The position numbers and the translations under genes are program-made. A model generated the notes under the pieces. That model did no database searches. It was not told the origin of the DNA and was given only the letters and a program-made list of their open reading frames with translations. A DNA stretch of 64,000 nucleotides from Ranitomeya imitator (taxonomy: Eukaryota), in assembly GCF_032444005.1 (NCBI RefSeq), contig NC_091283.1, forward strand, positions 571,392,001 to 571,456,000. Reading direction: 5' to 3'. Positions 28,269 through 39,778 of the stretch are shown here, in pieces. Numbering within the stretch: the first letter of the stretch is position 1; each line of letters starts with the position of its first letter.

Positions 28269-28490
28269 TATATACAGTGAGGCAAAAAAGTATTTAGTCA
28301 GTCAGCAATAGTGCAAGTTCCACCACTTAAAAAGATGAGAGGTGTCTGTAATTTACATCATAGGTAGACCTCAACTATGGGAGACAAACTGAGAAAAAAA
28401 ATCCAGAAAATCACATTGTCTGTTTTTTTTAACAATTTATTTGCATATTATGGTGGAAAATAAGTATTTGGTCAGAAACAAAATTTCATC

Positions 28491-29513
28491 TCAATACTTT
28501 GTAATATATCCTTTGTTGGCAATGACAGAGGTCAAACGTTTTCTGTAAGTCTTCACAAGGTTGCCACACACTGTTGTTGGTATGTTGGCCCATTCCTCCA
28601 TGCAGATCTCCTCTAGAGCAGTGATGTTTTTGGCTTTTCGCTTGGCAACACGGACTTTCAACTCCCTCCAAAGGTTTTCTATAGGGTTGAGATCTGGAGA
28701 CTGGCTAGGCCACTCCAGGACCTTGAAATGCTTCTTACGAAGCCACTCCTTCGTTGCCCTGGCGGTGTGCTTTGGATCATTGTCATGTTGAAAGACCCAG
28801 CCACGTTTCATCTTCAATGCCCTTGCTGATGGAAGGAGGTTTGCACTCAAAATCTCACGATACATGGCCCCATTCATTCTTTCATGTACCCGGATCAGTC
28901 GTCCTGGCCCCTTTGCAGAGAAACAGCCCCAAAGCATGATGTTTCCACCACCATGCTTTACAGTAGGTATGGTGTTTGATGGATGCAACTCAGTATTCTT
29001 TTTCCTCCAAACACGACAAGTTGTGTTTCTACCAAACAGTTCCAGTTTGGTTTCATCAGACCATAGGACATTCTCCCAAAACTCCTCTGGATCATCCAAA
29101 TGCTCTCTAGCAAACTTCAGACGGGCCCGGACATGTACTGGCTTAAGCAGTGGGACACGTCTGGCACTGCAGGATCTGAGTCCATGGTGGCGTAGTGTGT
29201 TACTTATGGTAGGCCTTGTTACATTGGTCCCAGCTCTCTGCAGTTCATTCACTAGGTCCCCCCGCGTGGTTCTGGGATTTTTTCTCACCGTTCTTGTGAT
29301 CATTCTGACCCCACGGGGTGGGATTTTGCGTGGAGCCCCAGATCGAGGGAGATTATCAGTGGTCTTGTATGTCTTCCATTTTCTAATTATTGCTCCCACT
29401 GTTGATTTCTTCACTCCAAGCTGGTTGGCTATTGCAGATTCAGTCTTCCCAGCCTGGTGCAGTGCTACAATTTTGTTTCTGGTGTCCTTTGACAGCTCTT
29501 TTGTCTTCACCAT
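28491..29513 (-). CDS. Intact Tc1 DD34E transposase, 340 aa
   Basis: Uninterrupted ATG-to-stop ORF with paired-like HTH N-terminus, [26 protein letters not shown] (34 residues between the second D and E) and TKY*. Confidence 0.95.
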   Translation of the reverse strand: MVKTKELSKDTRNKIVALHQAGKTESAIANQLGVKKSTVGAIIRKWKTYKTTDNLPRSGAPRKIPPRGVRMITRTVRKNPRTTRGDLVNELQRAGTNVTRPTISNTLRHHGLRSCSARRVPLLKPVHVRARLKFAREHLDDPEEFWENVLWSDETKLELFGRNTTCRVWRKKNTELHPSNTIPTVKHGGGNIMLWGCFSAKGPGRLIRVHERMNGAMYREILSANLLPSARALKMKRGWVFQHDNDPKHTARATKEWLRKKHFKVLEWPSQSPDLNPIENLWRELKVRVAKRKAKNITALEEICMEEWANIPTTVCGNLVKTYRKRLTSVIANKGYITKY

Positions 29514-29682
29514 AGTAGAGTTTGGAGTCAGACTGTTTGAGGGTGTGCACAGGTGTCTTTTTATACTGATAACAAGTTTAAACAGGTGCCATTACTACAG
29601 GTGATGAGTGGAGGAAAGACACAATTGGTTAACGTATGTGTATTTCTAAGTGGGTGTTATTGAAATATTATTATTTGTAGGC

Positions 29683-30444
29683 ATGGATCTAGCAGCTAGA
29701 GAGGCAGCATGGAACAGTCAAACATGCAATATCTTTGAAGAAGACCCTGTTGGGTCAGGTAATAGTGGCAATATGGACATGGATTTCCAGGTGGTGTCTA
29801 GTGAGTTAATTGGATTGCACAAATCCATCACCAAAACGTGGTGGAACATCAAAACCTTAGAACAATATAAAAAAGTGGGTCTGGTGCCCAGAGGACTTAG
29901 AGTGCAGATTTTTCCGGCCTGGGAAGCAGATGAGGGCTTCCAGAAAGTATGGGAAAAGGGTTTGTTAACATGTTCGAATATTCTGATAGATTTGCTCATT
30001 GAACACGATCGAGAAATTCTGTCTGTAATTAAAGATAAAATCAAGAATATTGAAAGTAAATTGGAAACATTTGATAAGAAAACTCTAGTTGAGCCATTCC
30101 AAGGCCAACTTAAGAATATTATTGAAAAATTTGAAAAGGAGATTATAGGGGGCAAGAGGCAGAAATTCAAAAGAGACCAGCTGGACTTTAAGAACGGACG
30201 AGCATACAGATGGGTGCACAAGGGCAACAAGAGGGGAGTTAATTTGAATCCACCAACAGAAAGAGATGTGGCAACTTTACATGAGCTTACATCAAGCGAT
30301 TTTTTATCGTCGGAACAAAGCGAGGCAGAAGGCACAATAGGAGGGGCCGAAGGAGGAGACACGGTCCGAAAGAGACACAACAGGAACTACAGAGCCTGGT
30401 CTCCCAAATACAGACGGGAGACGAGACAGAACAGGAAACGCTGA
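29683..30444 (+). CDS. PLE ORF1 / N-terminal domain (253 aa, coiled-coil-like, PRGLR motif, basic C-terminus)
   Basis: Open ORF from ATG 29683, preceded by an acceptor-like TTTGTAG at 29674-29680. It overlaps the RT frame by 160 nt. Confidence 0.75.
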   Translation: MDLAAREAAWNSQTCNIFEEDPVGSGNSGNMDMDFQVVSSELIGLHKSITKTWWNIKTLEQYKKVGLVPRGLRVQIFPAWEADEGFQKVWEKGLLTCSNILIDLLIEHDREILSVIKDKIKNIESKLETFDKKTLVEPFQGQLKNIIEKFEKEIIGGKRQKFKRDQLDFKNGRAYRWVHKGNKRGVNLNPPTERDVATLHELTSSDFLSSEQSEAEGTIGGAEGGDTVRKRHNRNYRAWSPKYRRETRQNRKR

Positions 30445-32825
30445 ATCCCCCGTTTCTAGGGACTAGCCCCTCGGACTCTGGTAAGCTGTCTATCATTAAT
30501 CTTTCATCATATAATCTTTCAGATGTAGAGTCTTCAGTATTGGAGAGAGGGCTCTCCTTTTGTCCAACCAATGGTTTGGACAAATTTACCGTAATCAAAG
30601 ATGTGTACCTTTTTTGTAGACAGTTGGCTTTCAAATTACTATACCACCAACCCTCCATTGTGGATGGCCTACCTGCTGATGAGCGAGAAGTCTTTAGAGA
30701 TCTACTTGAACTACTGGAAGAAGGTGAATCTGGACACCCTAAAAAAAAGAAATTTCCTGGTAGGTTACCCTCGCAAGCTACACCTTCTCTGTCTCTTTTT
30801 CCGGTTCTACAGAGTTTTTTTAATGCTGTATGTCACGAAGTACAAAGTCTAAAATTAGACCCAAATAAGGGGAGAAATTTGAATAGGGCTGAACAGAAAG
30901 CCATTGTGAGACTTGGCTCAAACCGGGATTTCGTCATCCGAGAGGCTGACAAGGGTGGTAACCTAGTGATATGGCCTACTGAGTTATATCTAAATGAGGT
31001 AAAACTTCAATTATCAAATTCTGAATGTTACCAGGTTCTACCATCAGACCCGACTGACGTATTTAGGTCCAAATTGGATCGGCTCCTGGACTCAGCGTTC
31101 ACCATAAACATCATTAATAAGCGAGAGAGGGAATTTATGACCAATCGCCATCCTAGGGTACCAACTTTTTACCTCATCCCAAAGGTCCACAAATCTGTGG
31201 AAACACCCCCAGGTAGACCTATTGTATCTGGGTTGGGGGGCCTTTTAGAACGCCCCTGTACTTATGTGGATTTTTTTCTCCAGCCTTTGGTTTCATCACT
31301 AGACTCCTTTGTGAGGGACTCAACCTTCCTGATTCAGCAACTGCAAACTCTAAGAGTTCCACCTGGTGTATGGCTCGTCACACTAGATGTTGAAGCCCTG
31401 TACACCTGCATTGGACATGACCTGGGGACGCAAGCAGTTGCCTTCTTTCTGGATCAGAACACTACAGGTGACAGACAACACGACTCCTTCTTGCTCGATC
31501 TACTTTCTTTTATTTTGGACAAAAATTATTTTGTCTTCGATCGGGTTTTTTATAGACAAATCAGAGGGACCGCGATGGGCGCACGGTGTGCGCCCTCGTA
31601 CGCAAATCTGTTCTTGGGGTGGTGGGAGGTCACCAGGGTGTACTGTCTGGAGGCTTTTTCATCACATGTCATCAAATGGTATCGCTATATAGATGATATC
31701 CTTTTTCTCTGGACAGGCACCCTGGAAGAATGCCATCAGTTCGTCGATACTCTCAATCAGAACCCATGGAACATAAGATTGACGTCACACTTTTCACAGA
31801 TGGAAGTGGAATTTCTTGATCTTAAGCTCTATCCTGGGGATGGGTACGTTCAAACCACGCTGTACCGCAAACCTACGGCTATTAATAGCCTTTTACATTT
31901 TTCAAGTTTTCACCCACAGCACTTGAAGAAAGGCATCCCAAAGGGACAGTTTTATCGGATAAGGCGTAACTGCAGTACTCAGGAGGATTTCCGAAGGCAT
32001 TCACAGGACTTGACTCAACGGTTTAAAAATCGAGGCTATCCTAGAAAGGTAATCGCGAATGCATACAGCACGGCAAAAGAGGTTGATAGAGGAAGCCTAT
32101 TGCAACCCCGACAAAAAACTGCCCCAAGACCATTAGGGGTCATTACCACATTCAACAACCAGTGGCAGGAGGTTCGTGGGATACTTACAAAGTACTGGGG
32201 GATCCTTTGTAGTGAACCTAAACTAAAACCACACATATCTGAACGGCCAAGCCTGATAGCGAGAAGACCAAAAAATCTGAAAGACTGTTTGAGTCACAGC
32301 CACTTTAAACGCCAGGTAACTAGGCTGAACAGAGGAATTAGGCTTACTGGCACATTTCCTTGTGGCAATTGTAGTATATGCCCGTTTATTGGCAGTAATG
32401 AAATGTTCTTCTCATCTCTTTCCCCCTCATTACAGATGGCTGTGAAAACGTATTTCAACTGCAAATCACGTAATTTGGTCTATGCCCTCATCTGCCCATG
32501 CCCAAAGACATATGTTGGCCAAACAACACAGGAGTTAAAAAGAAGAATACAACAACATCTTTCAACTATAACAACGGCAAAGAAGGACTTGGAAAAGGGC
32601 AAAACATTGTCCTCTGTGGCATCGCACTTTCTGTCGACACATAATTCACAGAGCAGAGGAATTAAGATCGTGGGCCTGGAATCTGTTCAACCAGACATCA
32701 GAGGTGGAGACATCACGCTCGAACTGCTCAGACGAGAGTCTAAATGGATTTTCAATTTGAATAGTCAAACCCCATTTGGACTTAATGAAGATCTATTGTT
32801 CACAGGGTTTTATAAACAATCTTGA
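30285..32825 (+). CDS. PLE reverse transcriptase plus Zn-knuckle linker plus GIY-YIG endonuclease (stop-to-stop open frame, about 846 codons)
   Basis: Motifs IINLS..L..GLSFCP, ADKGG, LDVEALYT, GTAMG, YIDD, CGNCSIC and VYALICPCPKTYVGQT, ending ...GLN. No stops. The first ATG is only at 31137. Confidence 0.93.
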   Translation, partial: AYIKRFFIVGTKRGRRHNRRGRRRRHGPKETQQELQSLVSQIQTGDETEQETLNPPFLGTSPSDSGKLSIINLSSYNLSDVESSVLERGLSFCPTNGLDKFTVIKDVYLFCRQLAFKLLYHQPSIVDGLPADEREVFRDLLELLEEGESGHPKKKKFPGRLPSQATPSLSLFPVLQSFFNAVCHEVQSLKLDPNKGRNLNRAEQKAIVRLGSNRDFVIREADKGGNLVIWPTELYLNEVKLQLSNSECYQVLPSDPTDVFRSKLDRLLDSAFTINIINKREREFMTNRHPRVPTFYLIPKVHKSVETPPGRPIVSGLGGLLERPCTYVDFFLQPLVSSLDSFVRDSTFLIQQLQTLRVPPGVWLVTLDVEALYTCIGHDLGTQAVAFFLDQNTTGDRQHDSFLLDLLSFILDKNYFVFDRVFYRQIRGTAMGARCAPSYANLFLGWWEVTRVYCLEAFSSHVIKWYRYIDDILFLWTGTLEECHQFVDTLNQNPWNIRLTSHFSQMEVEFLDLKLYPGDGYVQTTLYRKPTAINSLLHFSSFHPQHLKKGIPKGQFYRIRRNCSTQEDFRRHSQDLTQRFKNRGYPRKVIANAYSTAKEVDRGSLLQPRQKTAPRPLGVITTFNNQWQEVRGILTKYWGILCSEPKLKPHISERPSLIARRPKNLKDCLSHSHFKRQVTRLNRGIRLTGTFPCGNCSICPFIGSNEMFFSSLSPSLQMAVKTYFNCKSRNLVYALICPCPKTYVGQTTQELKRRIQQHLSTITTAKKDLEKGKTLSSVASHFLSTHNSQSRGIKIVGLESVQPDIRGGDITLELLRRESKWIFNLNSQTPFGLNEDLLFTGFYKQS

Positions 32826-34699
32826 AACCGTATTCCATAGGTTTTGGGTTTGAATAAGCAATTGAAGCCCTTTTGTCTGAGACTATGCTCAAGCGTATAT
32901 GTACAGGATTGAAAGAAGGCCTGAGCAGGTTCATGATAAGCTTGTAATCTTACCTCCCTGTTTACCAGGTCTTGATCTCTGCATGAACAGTATGATCTTC
33001 TTAAGGGTGGTATGAGGTAACTGACCAAATGTCTGCGTGAACAGCATAGTATTCAACCCCCCCCCCCCCCCACACCCTCCCACCCCCAGCTACATTTGCA
33101 CCTGCCATGATATGAGTGTTCTATATCCTCCATGAGATATGGGGACATTGGGGCCTGCATATTGGTAGTTGGTGGCTGGTTTTGGTAATAAACCTAGGTT
33201 CTCTAAAAAAATGCGCCTTTGAACTGTTCTGTGGTAACTATGGTGTCTATAATCCCATGGCTTTGATAGTGAAGTCTAATATGTGGCTCTGGAGTCAATC
33301 TCCTCTGATGTTACTTCTTGGTTGGAGTCTCGGTCTGTCCACTCTCGGAGACATTTGACCCTCAAAAAATCCCTTTGTAATTTGAGAATAGCAGTATCCA
33401 GTGCTTACGGACATCCAATTTGGCTCGCCGTGATCCGTTTGTATTATGAACATTACCTCTATGTACCCATATTTATCTCTACTGTATTGACGGTCCTTTC
33501 CCCGTTTCAATATATGCTGGATAATTGGTATCCCCACTGTATGAAGGTTGACCCCTAAGTAGTGGAGATTTACATGGGTTCCTGAGGATTCTTACTACAC
33601 TGTATACCATATCAGTGATACTAATGTCCATGTTTATTTAATTTCAATGATCAGGGCTTGTAACGTGAGGATTTTCTTTATGTGTTCGTGCCGTTTTAAT
33701 GTAGCGGAGGCTGTGCTTACCTATATGTACAGTGTTTGGTTGTCCGTATTGGGCACGCACTAAGCGTTTATGGCAAGTGTATCAGGGGTATGATGCTATA
33801 AAGTGGGGAGCGACCACCAGGCGTGTGTACACCAATGAGCTCACTAATGTTCATGAGTGATATTCAGTGCGTGTTGCACTGATGGTATTGGGGTCCATGG
33901 CTAAATAACCCCAACTAATATGGGGGTCAAATGGGGTGAAACCCCATAGGCACACGCATTACTGAAATCTTAAGGAGGTTGTATCCACTTAAATTTGCCC
34001 CTTTTGTGCGCCTATGAGGAATCTTGGCATTTGTATTGAGGGTGTGATGATAAAAGATGGTAGTTATCCTCTTCTGCATATGCGCTCTGATGGGTCCACT
34101 GACTGCTGCACGGTTTAATTATCACCTTGCAAAAACACGTTATAATCAGTATGACGTTTAACAGGGAAAGCTTTTTTTTTTTTTTTTTTTTTTTTTTGTT
34201 TAACCCCTTCAAGACCCAGCCTATTTTGACCTTAAAGACCTTGCCGTTTTTTGCAATTCTGACCAGTGTCCCTTTATGAGGTAATAACTCAGGAACGCTT
34301 CAACGGATCCTAGCGGTTCTGAGATTGTTTTTTCGTGACATATTGGGCTTCATGTTAGTGGTAAATTTAGGTCAATAAATTCTGCATTTATTTGTGATAA
34401 ACACGGAAATTTGGCGAAAATTTTGAAAATTTCGCAATTTTCACATTTTGAATTTTTATTCTGTTAAACCAGAGAGATATGTGACACAAAATAGTTAATA
34501 AATAACATTTCCCACATGTTTACTTTACATCAGCACAATTTTGGAAACAAAATTTTTTTTTGTTAGGAAGTTATAAGGGTTAAAATTTGACCAGCGATTT
34601 GTCATTTTTACAACGAAATTTACAAAACCATTTTTTTTAGGGACCACCTCACATTTGAAGTCAGTTTGAGGGGTCTATATGGCTGAAAATACCCAAAAG

Positions 34700-37420
34700 T
34701 GACACCATTCTAAAAACTGCACCCCTCAAGGTACTCAAAACCACATTCAAGAAGTTTATTAACCCTTCAGGTGCTTCACAGCAGCAGAAGCAACATGGAA
34801 GGAAAAAATGAACATTTAACTTTTTAGTCACAAAAATTATCTTTTAGCAACAATTTTTTTATTTTCCCAATGGTAAAAGGAGAAACTGAACCACGAAAGT
34901 TGTTGTCCAATTTGTCCTGAGTACGCTGATACCTCATATGTGGGGGTAAACCACTGTTTGGGCGCACGGCAGGGCTTGGAAGGGAAGGAGCGCCATTTGA
35001 CTTTTTGAATCAAAAATTGGCTCCACTCTTTAGCGGACACCATGTCACGTTTGGAGAGCCCCCGTGTGCCTAAAAATTGGAGCTCCCCCACAAGTGACCC
35101 CATTTTGGAAACTAGACGCCCCAAGGAACTTATCTAGATGCATAGTGAGCACTTTGAACCCCCAGGTGCTTCACAAATTGATCCGTAAAAATGAAAAAGT
35201 ACTTTTTTTTCACAAAAAAATTCTTTTAGCCTCAATTTTTTCATTTTCACATGGGCAACAGGATAAAATGGATCCTAAAATGTGTTGGGCAATTTCTCAT
35301 GAGTACACCAATACCTCACATGTGGGGGTAAACCACTGTTTGGGCACATGGTAAGGCTCGGAAGGGAAGGAGCGCCATTTGACTTTTTGAATGAAAAATT
35401 ATTTCCATCGTTAGCGGACACCATGTCGCGTTTGGATAGCTCCTGTGTGCCTAAACATTGGCGCTCCCCCACAAGTGACCCCATTTTGGAAACTAGACCC
35501 CCCAAGGAACTTATTTAGATGCCTAGTGAGCACTTTAAACCCTCAGGTGCTTCACAAATTGATCTGTAAAAATGAAAAAGTACTTTTTTTTCACAAAAAA
35601 ATTATTTTCGCCTCAATTTTTTCATTTTCACATGGGCAGTAGGATAAAATGGATCATAAAATTTGTTGGGCAATTTCTCCCGAGTACGCCGATACCTCAT
35701 ATGTGGGGGTAAACCACTGTTTGGGCACACGGCAGGGCTCGGAAGGGAAGGCGCGCCATTTGACTTTTTGAATGGAAAATTAGCTCCAATTGTTAGCGGA
35801 CACCATGTCGCGTTTGGAGAGCCCCCTGTGTGCCTAAACATTGGAGCTCCCCCACAAGTGACCCCATTTTGGAAACTAGACCCCCCAAGGAACTTATCTA
35901 GATGCATATTGAGCACTTTAAACCCCCAGGTGCTTCACAGAAGTTTATAACGCAGAGCCATGAAAATAAAAAATAATTTTTCTTTCCTCAAAAATGATTT
36001 TTTAGCCTGGAATTTCCTATTTTGCCAAGGATAATGGGAGAAATTGGACCCCAAATATTGTTGTCCAGTTTGTCCTGAGTACGCTGATACCCCATATGTG
36101 GGGGTAAACCACTGTTTGGGCGCACGGCAGGGCTCGGAAGGGATGGCACGCCATTTGGCTTTTTAAATGGAAAATTAGCTCCAATCATTAGCGGACACCA
36201 TGTCACGTTTGGAGAGCCCCTGTGTGCTTAAACATTGGAGATCCCCCAGAAATGACACCATTTTGGAAACTAGACCCCCAAAGGAACTAATCTAGATGTG
36301 TGGTGAGGACTTTGAACCCCCAAGTGCTTCACAGAAGTTTATAACGCAGAGCCATGAAAATAAAAAAAAAAATTATTTTCTCAAAAATGATCTTTTAGCC
36401 TGCAATTTTTTATTTTCCCAAGGGTAACAGGAGAAATTTGACCCCAAAAGTTGTTGTCCAGTTTCTCCTGAGTACGGTGATACCCCATATGTGGGGGTAA
36501 ACTACTGTTTGGGCACATGCCGGGGCTTGGAATTGAAGTAGTGACGTTTTGAAATGCAGACTTTGATGGAATGCTCTGCGGGAGTCACGTTGCGTTTGCA
36601 GAGCCCCTGATGTGCCTAAACAGTAGAAACCCCCCACAAGTGACCCCATTTTGGAAACTAGACCCTGAAAGGAACTTATCTAGATGTGTGGTGAGCACTT
36701 TGAACCCCCAAGTGCTTCATAGAAGTTTATAATGCAGAGCCGTGAAAATAATAAATACGTTTTCTTTCCTCAAAAATAATTATTTAGCCCAGAATTTTTT
36801 ATTTTCCCAAGGGTTACAGGAGAAATTGGACCCCAAAAGTTGTTGTCCAGTTTCTCCTGAGTACGCTGATACCCCATATGTGGGGGTAAACCACTGTTTG
36901 GGCACACGTCGGGGCTCAGAAGGGAAGTAGTGACTTTTGAAATGCAGACTTTGATGGAATGGTCTGCGGGTGTCACGTTGCGTTTGCAGAGCCCCTGGTG
37001 TGCCTAAACAGTAGAGACCCCCCACAAGTGATCCCATTTTAGAAACTAGACCCCCCAAGGAACTTATCTAGATATGTGGTGAGCACTTTGAACCCCCAAG
37101 TGCTTCACAGACGTTTACAACGCAGAGCCGTGAAAATAAAAAATCATTTTTCTTTCCTCAAAAATTATGTTTTAGCAAGCATTTTTTTAGATTCACAAGG
37201 GTAACAGGAGAAATTGGACCCCAGTAATTGTTGCGCAGTTTGTCCTGAGTATGCTGGTACCCCATATGTGGGGGTAAACCACTGTTTGGGCACACGTCAG
37301 GGCTCGGAAGTGAGGGAGCACCATTTGACTTTTTGAATACGAGATTGGCTGGAATCAATGGTGGCGCCATGTTGCGTTTGGAGACCCCTGATGTGCCTAA
37401 ACAGTGGTAACCCCTCAATT
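34700..37420. repeat. About 7 tandem units of 381-395 bp inside the TTAA element
   Basis: The marker C(C/T)ACTGTTTGGG occurs at 34951, 35333, 35714, 36109, 36502, 36891 and 37279. Confidence 0.92.
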
Positions 37421-37423
37421 CTA

Positions 37424-37577
37424 ACTCCAACACTAACCCCAACACACCCCTAACCCTAATCCCAACTGTAGCCATAATCCTAATCACAACCCTAACCCCA
37501 ACACACCCCTAACCACAACACTAACCCCAACACACCCCTAACCCTAACCACAACCCTAACCCTAACCCTAACCCTAA
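37424..37577. repeat. Degenerate telomere-like (TAACCC)n tract
   Basis: CCCTAACCCTAACCCTAACCCTAA with interspersed variant units. Confidence 0.85.
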
Positions 37578-38249
37578 GGCTATGTGCCCACGTTGCGGAT
37601 TCGTGTGAGATATTTCCGCACCATTTTTGAAAAATCTGCGGGTAAAAGGCACTGTGTTTTACCTGCGGATTTTCCGCGGATTTCCAGTGTTTTTTGTGCG
37701 GATTTCACCTGCGGATTCCTATTGAGGAACAGGTGTAAAACGCTGCGGAATCCGCACAAAGAATTGACATGCTGCGGAAAATACAACGCAGCGTTCCCGC
37801 GCGGTATTTTCCGCACCATGGGCACAGCGGATTTGGTTTTTCATATGTTTACATGGTACTGTAAACGTGATGGAAAACTGCTACGAATCCTCAGCCAAAT
37901 CCGCACCATGTGCACATAGCCTAATTCTAAAGGTATGTGCACACGCTGCGGATCCGCAGCAGTTTCCCATGAGTGTACAGTTCAATGTAAACCTATGGGA
38001 AACAAAAATCGCTGCACACATGCTGCGGAAAAACTGCACGGAAACGCAGCGGTTTACATTCCGCAGCATGTCACTTCTTTGTGCGGATTCCGCAGCGGTT
38101 TTACAACTGCTCCAATAGAAAATCGCAATTGTAAAACCGCAGTGAAATGCGCAGAAAAAAACGCGGTAAATCCGCCATAAATCCGCAGCGGTTTAGCACT
38201 GCGGATTTATCAAATCCGCAGCGGAAAAATCCGCAGAGGACCAGAATAC

Positions 38250-38403
38250 NNNNNNNNNNNNNNNNNNNNNNNNNNNNNNNNNNNNNNNNNNNNNNNNNNN
38301 NNNNNNNNNNNNNNNNNNNNNNNNNNNNNNNNNNNNNNNNNNNNNNNNNNNNNNNNNNNNNNNNNNNNNNNNNNNNNNNNNNNNNNNNNNNNNNNNNNNN
38401 NNN
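38250..38403. other. Assembly gap (N run)
   Basis: Run of N bases; the true length is unknown. Confidence 1.
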
Positions 38404-39740
38404 GGAAAAAAAAAAAAAATCTTTATTTTTTTATTGTCCCTATGGGGGTGACAAAGGGGGGGGGGGGTCATTTATTATTTTTTTTATTTTGATCACTGAG
38501 ATAGATTATATCTCAGTGATCAAAATGCACTTTGGAACGAATCTGCCGGCCGGCAGATTCGGCGGGCGCACTGCGCATGCGCCCGCCATTTTGGAAGATG
38601 GCGGCGCCCGGGAGAAGACGGACGGGACCACGGCTGGATCGGTAAGTATGATAGGGTGGGGGGGGACCACGGGGGGGGGGGGGGATCGGAGCACGGGGGG
38701 GGGAATCGGAGCGCGGGAGGGGTGGAACGGAGCGCGGGGGGCGTGGAACGGAGCACGGGGGGCTGGAATGGAGCACGGGGGGGTTGAACGGAGCACGGGG
38801 GGGGTGGATCGGAGTGCAGGGGGGGTGATTGGAGCACGGGGGGGTGATTGGAGCACGGGGGGAGCGGACACGAGCACGGGGGGGAGCGGAGCACTGGACG
38901 GAGGGGAGCCGGAGCAGTGTACCGGCCAGATCGGGGGGGTGGGGGGGCGATCGGAGGGGTGGGGTGGGGGCACACTAGTATTTCCAGCCATGGCCGATGA
39001 TATTTCAGCATCGGCCATGGCTGGATTGTAATATTTCACCCGTTATAATGGGTGAAATATTACAAATCGCTCTGATTGGCAGTTTCACTTTCAACAGCCA
39101 ATCAGAGCGATCGTAGCCACGAGGGGGTGAAGCCACCCCCCCTGGGCTAAACTACCACTCCCCCTGTCCCTGCAGATCGGGTGAAATGGGAGTTAACCCT
39201 TTCACCCGATCTGCAGGGACGCGATCTTTCCATGACGCCGCATAGGCGTCATGGGTCGGAATGGCACCGACTTTCATGACGCCTACGTGGCGTCAAAGGT
39301 CGGGAAGGGGTTAATATTCCTGTGCCGCCAGTATGTAGTGATGTGATTCACACTGAAGCGATAAGGTGCGGCAAGACATATTGGTATAGACTCTGTAGGT
39401 GCTGCTGTGCTCCTCAGTTTCTGTATACATCTGGTGACTATGGTAACAGGACTGAAAGTGTGACGACACACAGCAGGAGGAATCTCCTGACGTGTGCACA
39501 CTGGTTAATCCAGGGATTGCAGTATTTACATGGTGCTATGGCAACCACTCCAAGGGCATGGTGACGAAGGTAGGAGGGGGGGAGCCCTCCAGGCTCACAT
39601 GTTTGCTTAGCTCACTAAGCACCGCCTCTGGAATCACTGGGTGATGGAACACATGCCGGCCTCTGGTAAGCAGCACAGCTGCAACTGCTTAAATTGCAAT
39701 TACTCGATTAGATAAGGACGCAGGATCTCCATAGGAGCTG

Positions 39741-39778
39741 CCCCTGACGAAGCCACTGGTGTGGCGACACGCGTAGGG
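39741..39778 (+). ncRNA. Degenerate PLE hammerhead (GAAA core mutated to GACA)
   Basis: CCC-CTGACGA-A-GCCAC(TGGT)GTGGC-GACA-CGCGT-A-GGG: stems I-III are intact and one core base is substituted. Confidence 0.7.

Larger units (their letters stand above)
34204..39310. mobile_element. TTAA-flanked non-autonomous DNA element (piggyBac-type ends, Xenopus Tx1D/Tx2D-like architecture)
   Basis: TTAA|CCCCTTCAAGACC...GGTCGGGAAGGGG|TTAA (11/13 TIR match); internal tandem repeats; contains an assembly gap. Confidence 0.8.

Noticed and set aside
28864-29604. 246-aa plus-strand ORF, and the 220-aa minus-strand ORF at 29718..30380
   Set aside because: Antisense shadows of the Tc1 transposase and PLE ORF1, with no independent motifs.
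30481-30522. GTAAGC...CTTTCAG 42-nt intron-like segment in the PLE as an alternative way to join ORF1 and RT
   Set aside because: It lies after the ORF1 stop, is in-frame and very short, and encodes the conserved IINLS motif, so it cannot fuse the two ORFs.
37424-37577. Possible chromosome end or fusion site
   Set aside because: The tract is short, degenerate and embedded in a transposon, and similar tracts recur inside 53209..55179.
38147-39031. Gly/Pro-rich ORFs here and at 53454-55152
   Set aside because: They derive from G/C-run repeats (GGAGCACGGGGGG) inside non-autonomous elements, and one spans the N gap.
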